64,000 nucleotides of DNA, taken from positions 32,001 to 96,000 of the forward strand of contig JBHLOY010000001.1 of the NCBI GenBank assembly GCA_048939995.1, read 5' to 3'. This document shows, piece after piece, positions 57,373 through 64,000 of this stretch; positions within the stretch are counted from its first letter, which is position 1; every line of letters starts with the position of its first letter. Position numbers and translations under genes: made by a program. Under the pieces are notes generated by a model that did no database searches, was not told the DNA's origin, and was given only the letters and a program-made list of their open reading frames with translations. The DNA is from Promethearchaeota archaeon. GTDB taxonomy: Archaea > Asgardarchaeota > Lokiarchaeia > Sigyniarchaeales > SOKP01.

Positions 57373-58437
57373 CTATAAATCAAAATTATAAGATTTAGTA
57401 GTATCAATCATAATTTTAATATTTTCAGGGATGACTTTCGCGTTTATTTGTTGAGTTGGGCTAATAATCAGAGATACATTACTTTCCCTTGCTTTTTTTA
57501 TTAATTTTGAAACATAAGTTTTAACTTTGTTTTCAATTCCATATGTTAAGTGAATAGTATTATCAAGATTGCCAATAAAACACATTTTGTTTACAAATTT
57601 CTCAAAGAGCTGAAAAATGTTAACGTCTGCACTTGGCTCTAAGCTTTGGATCGCATCGAATCCAATTTCTACAAATATCTCCATTAGGTTTGAAATATAA
57701 CCATCAGAGTGGAGAATGATCAAATTTTTCCTATTATGAATGTTTGCAACTATTTCTTGGTAATGCTCAAAAAATAATTTTTTCCATAGTTTAACTGATA
57801 TAAATTCATTTTTTTTATATCCACAATCATCAGCTACTAGGAAAAGATCGACTCCCACTTTATTAAGAATTGAAATTAATTTCTTTAAATATTCTGAAAA
57901 GAAATCTATGACGCTATAAATAAGAGAAAAGTTTTCATTTTTTAAGCATTTTGAAAAATAAATAAATCCCATTGATTGCCATGTTTTTTCAAATAATCCC
58001 GGCAATGATAAAACAATATCTAACCTTTTTTTAATTTTAGGTAACATTTTTTCTAATAAAGCTAAATCTTCATTTGAAGGAGGCTGCAAATGCTCCCAGT
58101 TATCAATTGTATTCTCATCTTTGAAAACACCATCCCATAGGTACCAATCGTCCTTATAGACTCTTCCCCACCCATCCACTCTTATTTGCTCATTTACTTG
58201 ATAACCCCCTTTTCCTCTTCTGAATTCCCATAAAGAAAGAGCATCAAATCCTATTCTTTTTATTACATCTAAATTCTTTTGATTTAAAGTAAGATCTGAG
58301 GGTTTGACATCAACTTTATATAAATCGATATATTTATTTAAGAATTCAATTTCAGGGTATCCAGGGCAATATAATGGAACGATGGATGTCGCTTTTCTTT
58401 TTAATACTTTAATGAAATCAGTTTCTAATTGACCCAT
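57373..58437 (-). CDS. Uroporphyrinogen decarboxylase / MtaA-CmuA family protein
   Basis: DGWGR, ADDCG, LHSDG, QSLEP, FIGNLD. Confidence 0.85.
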   Translation of the reverse strand: MGQLETDFIKVLKRKATSIVPLYCPGYPEIEFLNKYIDLYKVDVKPSDLTLNQKNLDVIKRIGFDALSLWEFRRGKGGYQVNEQIRVDGWGRVYKDDWYLWDGVFKDENTIDNWEHLQPPSNEDLALLEKMLPKIKKRLDIVLSLPGLFEKTWQSMGFIYFSKCLKNENFSLIYSVIDFFSEYLKKLISILNKVGVDLFLVADDCGYKKNEFISVKLWKKLFFEHYQEIVANIHNRKNLIILHSDGYISNLMEIFVEIGFDAIQSLEPSADVNIFQLFEKFVNKMCFIGNLDNTIHLTYGIENKVKTYVSKLIKKARESNVSLIISPTQQINAKVIPENIKIMIDTTKSYNFDL

Positions 58438-58509
58438 ATCAAGTATCTTTAGAAACCAAAGTATAATTATTTGATTATTAATTATTAAAATAATTAGATT
58501 GTTGTTTAA

Positions 58510-59649
58510 ATGATAAATATGGACTTCTGGGATCTTATTAATTTTTCATACAATTTAGCATTATCATCGATTCTATTTGTTTTTGCATTTTTAATGGTTT
58601 TTATTGGGTATGGGGGACATAAGGCAAAAAATCGATATGGGGCAATTTCTACTGTTCTCAATGGAGCTTGCTTGGTAGCTTTTGGATTATACAATCTTTT
58701 TTTCAGATTTTTTCCTTATCCTTATAATGGTTTCATGGTCTGGTGGATAGGTTTAAATCTACTTCTCAATGGTATCTTTATTATAGTTATTAAGCTAAAA
58801 ATAAAGAAATATGATCTAAAATCCAAGAATGCTGATAACATTCAAGAATCTATGGAAAAGAAGTCTCGCTTAAGAAAATTTATCGAGAAAATGACAATAG
58901 AAGATCCTTATAAAGAGGATATTCCTTTCAAGATGGAGTTAATAAGAAAAAGTTTTCATTTAATGGGATTGCTTGTAGTATTTGCTCCAACTCTTACTTT
59001 ACTCATTAGTGATGGAGTAATCATGTTAATAAATCAAGTACAACCATCATATGAGCTCCTTTGGGGTAGTGTCTCCCTTTTTCCTTACGTAATAGGTGAC
59101 CAACAAGCAATTATAGGTCTTACTATGATGGGTTTATTAGGTGCGTTAATATTTACGCTTATATCTGATTTAATCCGAGTATTAAAAGGTCCAGAATATT
59201 CACTTTTTAATTTTATAAGTCGTTCAATTCTTAGAAATAAAGAAAAAAATGCACTAGGTCCGCAGATTTATATCATTACTGGCATTGTATTTTCTTATAT
59301 GTTATATATGGCAGGAATTCTTGAGATTAGGGCTTTCTATGCAGGGATTCTGATTGCCTGCTTTTCTGATGCGGCCGCTGCTCTAATAGGTAGAAAATTT
59401 GGAAAACATAAGGTTATTTTAAGAAGTAAAGAGACAAAATCTGTTGAAGGTTTCATAGCTGGAACCGTTGTAGCATATATAATTGGACTAATCTTTGTGG
59501 GACCCATCTATGCAATAGTGGGAACTTTAATCTTTTTCATAACAGATTACTTACCCGCTGTTACAGCAGATAACATATTAAATCCAATTTTTATTCCAAT
59601 AGGAATTCAATTTTTTATTTTACTATTAGGTTTACCTGTAGGATGGTAA
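58510..59649 (+). CDS. Dolichol/phytol/diacylglycerol kinase-like (CTP-dependent) membrane protein
   Basis: ELIRKSFH, LRNKE, FSDAAAALIGRKFGKH, KSVEG, DNILNP. Confidence 0.82.
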   Translation: MINMDFWDLINFSYNLALSSILFVFAFLMVFIGYGGHKAKNRYGAISTVLNGACLVAFGLYNLFFRFFPYPYNGFMVWWIGLNLLLNGIFIIVIKLKIKKYDLKSKNADNIQESMEKKSRLRKFIEKMTIEDPYKEDIPFKMELIRKSFHLMGLLVVFAPTLTLLISDGVIMLINQVQPSYELLWGSVSLFPYVIGDQQAIIGLTMMGLLGALIFTLISDLIRVLKGPEYSLFNFISRSILRNKEKNALGPQIYIITGIVFSYMLYMAGILEIRAFYAGILIACFSDAAAALIGRKFGKHKVILRSKETKSVEGFIAGTVVAYIIGLIFVGPIYAIVGTLIFFITDYLPAVTADNILNPIFIPIGIQFFILLLGLPVGW

Positions 59650-59656
59650 GTTAATA

Positions 59657-60496
59657 ATGCCTGATTTAATTAAAGAACTTAAGGGTATTCAATTAGCGAT
59701 TTTTGATTTAGATGGAGTTATTTATAGAGGTAATGAATTAATTCCTGGCACTGATAAAGTTATTCAACAATTGAAGCAAATTTTAGTAAAAATAGTCTAT
59801 AATTCAAACAATTCCACAGCTTCCCGGCAGATGTATGTTGATAGATTGAAAAGTTTTAATATTACTAGTCAGATTAGTGACTTCTATACTAGTGCTTCAA
59901 TTGCAGCCACTGAAATTTCAAAATTAAAGGATAAAGCAAAAATCTTTGTAATTGGTGAAATTGGGTTAAAAGAAGAATTAAGAGCTTATGGACATGAAAT
60001 AGTAAATATAACACCAGAATATAGAGATGTAGATTATGTAATTGTTGGATTAGATCGTGATTTTAATTATAAAAATCTTGCATTTGCACAAAAGTGTATT
60101 TTAGAAGGAAAAGCTCAATTTTATGCCACAAATGCAGATGCTACATTGCCAATTGCGGATGGATTTTTACCAGGTGCAGGAGTAATGGTAAATGCTGTTG
60201 AAGTTTGTACTGGAATTAAACCAATAAAAACTTTTGGAAAACCTGAGCCAACTGGCATTCAACTAATTCTAAAAGAAGCTGAAGTTGACCCTAATAATGC
60301 TGTTATCTTTGGTGACCGCTTAAATACTGATATTCTAGCAGGAAATTTAGCACACATAAAGACAGTATTGGTATTAACTGGTGTTACTTCACGAAATGAA
60401 TTAAATCAGAAAAAATTAAAGAAAGTAAAAGATTTTGACAAGAATCTATTACCAGATATTGTTTTGGAAAAATTAACAGATATTTTTATACCATAA
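59657..60496 (+). CDS. HAD-IIA (NagD-like) phosphatase
   Basis: FDLDGVIY, SNNS, ATNAD, GKP, GDRLNTDI, VLTGV. Confidence 0.92.
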   Translation: MPDLIKELKGIQLAIFDLDGVIYRGNELIPGTDKVIQQLKQILVKIVYNSNNSTASRQMYVDRLKSFNITSQISDFYTSASIAATEISKLKDKAKIFVIGEIGLKEELRAYGHEIVNITPEYRDVDYVIVGLDRDFNYKNLAFAQKCILEGKAQFYATNADATLPIADGFLPGAGVMVNAVEVCTGIKPIKTFGKPEPTGIQLILKEAEVDPNNAVIFGDRLNTDILAGNLAHIKTVLVLTGVTSRNELNQKKLKKVKDFDKNLLPDIVLEKLTDIFIP

Positions 60497-60625
60497 TCTC
60501 TACTTGATCAAGAGAATTTAATATTATTTTATTGAAAGTTTAGGTATATCTAATTATCTAAAAGAGAATTTTTTTAATCTAGAATTTTTATTATATAGGT
60601 GCATTAAGCTTTTGAGGTTATAGGT

Positions 60626-60955
60626 ATGGAGAAATATGACATAGAGGATGTAGAAGAATCAGATATAATTGGGGAATTAAATATAATTGTAAAAGATAAT
60701 TGTACCTCTTTTTCGAAAGAATTAGAACATGTAATAGAAACAGCTCGTACTCATCAAAAAAGAGTTGAATATTATTCTGATAACGTAATAGTTTATTCTT
60801 ATAAGAAAAATTTAAATTTAGGACAAGAAATTTTAATATTTGAAACGATTTATCGAAATGAAAATAGAGTCGAGTTATCTTATATCGCCAATAAAAGCAT
60901 GTATGGATCCCATTTACTTTATTTAATTAACAGAGCGGAAATAAAATCGAAATAA
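60626..60955 (+). CDS. Hypothetical protein
   Basis: 109-aa ORF with GAGGT SD-like motif. Confidence 0.55.
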   Translation: MEKYDIEDVEESDIIGELNIIVKDNCTSFSKELEHVIETARTHQKRVEYYSDNVIVYSYKKNLNLGQEILIFETIYRNENRVELSYIANKSMYGSHLLYLINRAEIKSK

Positions 60956-61017
60956 TAAACAGTAATTATAGGAAGCGCATAAGGAATAGTATGAGTTAAT
61001 TCCCAATATGGTCTAGT

Positions 61018-61569
61018 TCATGAAATTCCAGATCTATGCAACATAATTTTACCAATTTCAGTAAAAATTTCTTCTACATTACGCCCATCCTTAGATGAAC
61101 ATTCAATATACCCATATAAGTTATAACTTCTTGCAAGATCATAAGCGTCTTGGGTAGATACTGTTCTTTTGTACTGTAAATCTAATTTACCACCAACCAT
61201 AATGACAGGCAACTGTCTTTTATCTCCAATAAATCCCCTTTTGAAAATTTCTATCCAATCTTTAAAGTTTTTTAAGCTTGAATAACGTGTGATATCATAC
61301 ATGAAAATCCCCCCAGAAGAGCCCAAAACATAGCTTGGTAATAGAAATCTGAAGCGATCCTCACCAGCAAAATCCCATATTTGTAAACTCACTTTTTTGC
61401 CTTCCACTTTAATTTTCTTTATGTGGAAATCAACACCAATAGTCATCGTAGAGTTTCCTGTAAAGACACCTGTAAGGTATCTAGTTATCAAAGTTGTTTT
61501 ACCTACACCTCCGTCCCCAAACAGGCAAATTTTGTACATCGCATCACTTTCCATTTTCCCATACCTCAT
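61018..61569 (-). CDS. Rab-like small GTPase
   Basis: GDGGVGKT, TIGVDF, LQIWDFAG, RFR, YDIT, ECSSK. Confidence 0.93.
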   Translation of the reverse strand: MRYGKMESDAMYKICLFGDGGVGKTTLITRYLTGVFTGNSTMTIGVDFHIKKIKVEGKKVSLQIWDFAGEDRFRFLLPSYVLGSSGGIFMYDITRYSSLKNFKDWIEIFKRGFIGDKRQLPVIMVGGKLDLQYKRTVSTQDAYDLARSYNLYGYIECSSKDGRNVEEIFTEIGKIMLHRSGIS

Positions 61570-61717
61570 ATAAGAGATTATTGAAGATTAGTGTTTTCTT
61601 CAAAAATTTAACAACTATAACTTTATAGTCAAAAAATGTATTTTAAATTAAATAATTTATACTTAATTCTCAATTTTTTAATTTAGATCAAGTTAATTTT
61701 ATTTTAAAAATTTGTTT

Positions 61718-63115
61718 TTAAAAACTTTTAGTATAATAATTCAAAAAATAGTAATAAGAAAGACGCATATTCAATATTGAATCGACTTGAATGAATTCAT
61801 TAGGAGAATGAGCATAACCACCAACTCCTAAACCACCAGTTATAAAATCTAAGCCCAATTCTTTCTGGATTTCGCTTAATGGTGCTGCTGCTGCACTTAA
61901 AGGCCAGACTTCGGGTTCAACTTTTAGTTTTTCGAAACTTCTGACTAAACTTTGTATGAGTTTTGAATTTAGACCTACTCGAGAACCTTCATAACTAATA
62001 TTTTTAGTTAATTTGATTTCTAATTTCGAATTTTCAGCAAATTTCTCAACAATATTTTTTATTTCATTATAAATTTTAATAAGAGAAACTTTATGAGCAA
62101 CTCGAATATCTATATTACATTCTGCATTATTAGGAACTATATTTTTTATACCTTCTCCTAAATAGCCCGATTTTAAAGTGGAAATATTAAATGTTGGTTC
62201 AAATAGAAGATCTGTAAATGCTTGTCTTGCATTTTCTTTTAGAGTTTGAATTATGCCTGCTTTCATTTTGATTTTATTGATATCGAGTTGATTGCCTAGA
62301 GTTTCAATCATCATTTCTTCTTGATTATTTAATCTATATTTATTTTTTAATGAGGGAACATTGAATTTATTCTCGCTATAAATAAGATTTATCAAACTGA
62401 CTAGTTCAACTGCTGGATTTGGTATGAATGAACTATATGCTGAGTGGGTTTCTTCATTGTCAGAAAATAGCTTAATATTGATTGATAGGATACCCTTATA
62501 TCCTAATTTAAGTACGGCTTTACCTTCTAAGTCTTGTTTAGCTGCAGGATAATATGCACTGACACAATTTTTAAATACTTCTTTATTAGTCTTCAAATGG
62601 TTTATTAATGTGGGGGAACCAACCTCTTCCTCTCCATCAAATATTAAGATTAAAGAAATTGGCAATTTTTCATATTCTTGTAGTATCTTTATTACATTCA
62701 AAAAACAGATAAGAGGAGTTTTTGAGTTGTAAGCCCCTCTTGAGATAATGCATTTCCCTAACACGTTTAATGGTTCTGGCAAATATCGCAGTTCAGCAGC
62801 AAAAGGATTAGAAATCCATTTAGAAGCATCATTAACAGGTTGAGTATCATACATCATGTAAATTAGCAGAGGGGTCCTACTTTGACCTTCTATCTTTGCT
62901 AAGACGAGTGGGTTGATTTTACCCTCAATTTCTTCAATTTTTTGGCAAAATGGTGATAGATATTTGATTATGTATTCTATTGTTTGTTCTATCCCTCTTT
63001 TATTGAGAGTATTGCTCGGGATTTTTAAGAAATTAATTAAATCTTCTTCTATAAATCTACTGTTTGATTCTGTTAATAATCTCTCTATTTCTTCGTCATC
63101 CTTATCATTCTCCAT
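61718..63115 (-). CDS. M20/DapE-ArgE family metallohydrolase
   Basis: YDTQP, W..NPF, GEEEVGS, GYKG, HS..NP, AHSPNE. Confidence 0.87.
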   Translation of the reverse strand: MENDKDDEEIERLLTESNSRFIEEDLINFLKIPSNTLNKRGIEQTIEYIIKYLSPFCQKIEEIEGKINPLVLAKIEGQSRTPLLIYMMYDTQPVNDASKWISNPFAAELRYLPEPLNVLGKCIISRGAYNSKTPLICFLNVIKILQEYEKLPISLILIFDGEEEVGSPTLINHLKTNKEVFKNCVSAYYPAAKQDLEGKAVLKLGYKGILSINIKLFSDNEETHSAYSSFIPNPAVELVSLINLIYSENKFNVPSLKNKYRLNNQEEMMIETLGNQLDINKIKMKAGIIQTLKENARQAFTDLLFEPTFNISTLKSGYLGEGIKNIVPNNAECNIDIRVAHKVSLIKIYNEIKNIVEKFAENSKLEIKLTKNISYEGSRVGLNSKLIQSLVRSFEKLKVEPEVWPLSAAAAPLSEIQKELGLDFITGGLGVGGYAHSPNEFIQVDSILNMRLSYYYFLNYYTKSF

Positions 63116-63178
63116 ATATTAAAAATTTATAGAAGGATTAATTAATTTATTTATTAGAAATATTCTCCATTAGGAAAA

Positions 63179-63574
63179 ATGAATGATACTGAACCAACAA
63201 ATGAACAAAAATCGAAAATTTTAACCCAGATCTTAAAAGAAATAAAAACTGAAGGTAACTTAAAAGGAATAATATTCTCATTCAGAGAAGGAAACATTAT
63301 TGCCGAAAATTTAGCTGAAGAATTTCCACAATTTAACGCTGAAGAATATTCCTCCATGTCTGCCTCTGTAATAGAAAGTATAATAGGTTTAGGAAAAACA
63401 ATAGGAGAAAAAACAATTAATAAAACGATTGCAGAATTAGAAAATTTTACTATAATTCTTATTGAGTGCGACGAAAAAACCTTTATCTCATTCATTTTAG
63501 ATGAAAAGTCAAAACCCAATTCATTTTTTACCAAAATTGAAGATTATATTAAAAAATTTAAATTATTATATTAA
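63179..63574 (+). CDS. Divergent roadblock/LC7 domain protein
   Basis: LKGIIFSFREGNIIA, SSMSASVI, IAELE..IILI. Confidence 0.72.
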   Translation: MNDTEPTNEQKSKILTQILKEIKTEGNLKGIIFSFREGNIIAENLAEEFPQFNAEEYSSMSASVIESIIGLGKTIGEKTINKTIAELENFTIILIECDEKTFISFILDEKSKPNSFFTKIEDYIKKFKLLY

Positions 63575-63585
63575 AAGTTATATGA

Positions 63586-64000
63586 TCAGTTCTGGTTTTT
63601 TGAATCTATTAGGCTTAAATATTCTATACCTATTTGGACTGCTTGACCTAATGCTTCTTCTTCAATAACTTCGGGTTTATCTTTTCTGGTATGGTAATAA
63701 GGAGCAAGTTCTTCTTTTAAATTTAGACCAAGGATCGAAGTAGCAGGAATCCCTTTTTTGCTAAATGCAGCAGCATCAGTCGCTCCAAAAGGAAGTGGTC
63801 CAATTTTTGCATTTTTATTAATACTTTTGGCAATGTTAAATAAAGGCATAAAGGTGTTAGGATCATGTTTCGCACCAATTCCAGGTTCTTTATCTATGCA
63901 TAAAAGAATATCTTTTTCAGCTATACTATCGTAGTTAATCACAATTGTTTTATTCTCTTTTAACTCTTGAAAGTGCGATTTGATATATCTTTTGGATCCT
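63586..64000 (-). CDS. M28 family peptidase, C-terminal part (truncated by window edge)
   Basis: INYDSI, GATDAAAF..GIPA, YYHTRKD. Confidence 0.82.
   Translation of the reverse strand, partial: GSKRYIKSHFQELKENKTIVINYDSIAEKDILLCIDKEPGIGAKHDPNTFMPLFNIAKSINKNAKIGPLPFGATDAAAFSKKGIPATSILGLNLKEELAPYYHTRKDKPEVIEEEALGQAVQIGIEYLSLIDSKNQN

Noticed and set aside
3189-63534. Many short antisense or overlapping ORFs in the track (e.g. 3189, 6398, 6529, 8881, 12830, 15045, 41030, 43155, 56704, 63154)
   Set aside because: They are shadows of well-supported genes on the other strand or frame and have no motifs.
1-64000. Selenoprotein or stop-codon readthrough, tRNA/rRNA genes, IS elements
   Set aside because: Recognised genes end at expected positions. 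By eye I found no GC-rich structured RNA, transposase or terminal repeats; tRNAscan/Infernal were not run.

Overview
AT-rich, gene-dense chromosomal window that most likely comes from an Asgard archaeon of the Lokiarchaeia type. Archaeal housekeeping genes include TFB, ProRS, Rpo7/Rpo10, Spt4, eS6, eL24, L7Ae, eS28, eS24, eS31, Kae1/Bud32 and Fae-Hps. They are interspersed with eukaryotic-signature genes: two gelsolin-type proteins, a longin-like protein, two roadblock/LC7 proteins, a Rab-like GTPase, an EMC3/TMCO1-type insertase and a dual-specificity phosphatase. Also present are peptidases, lipid/glycerol-phosphate enzymes and a 2024-aa Ig-repeat surface protein. I saw no tRNA, rRNA, CRISPR array or transposase. 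Six observations stand out. (1) A 508-aa protein has a core that aligns with the eukaryotic Bro1/ALIX domain, flanked by an HhH motif and a putative ESCRT-I steadiness-box hairpin. (2) A membrane-spanning double-wHTH regulator is paired with a paralogous ectodomain protein carrying a juxtamembrane THFS (autoproteolysis-like) motif. (3) A TrmB-like protein is split by a ~520-aa helical insert with an aromatic/basic motif exactly at its midpoint. (4) rpoE', spt4, probably rpoN and an unannotated ORF appear to start at ATT/ATA. (5) One Zn-ribbon module is shared by the gelsolin and a nearby small protein. (6) A degenerate PlsY is fused to a CTP-dependent lipid-kinase-like domain. All family assignments were made by eye from motifs, without database searches.
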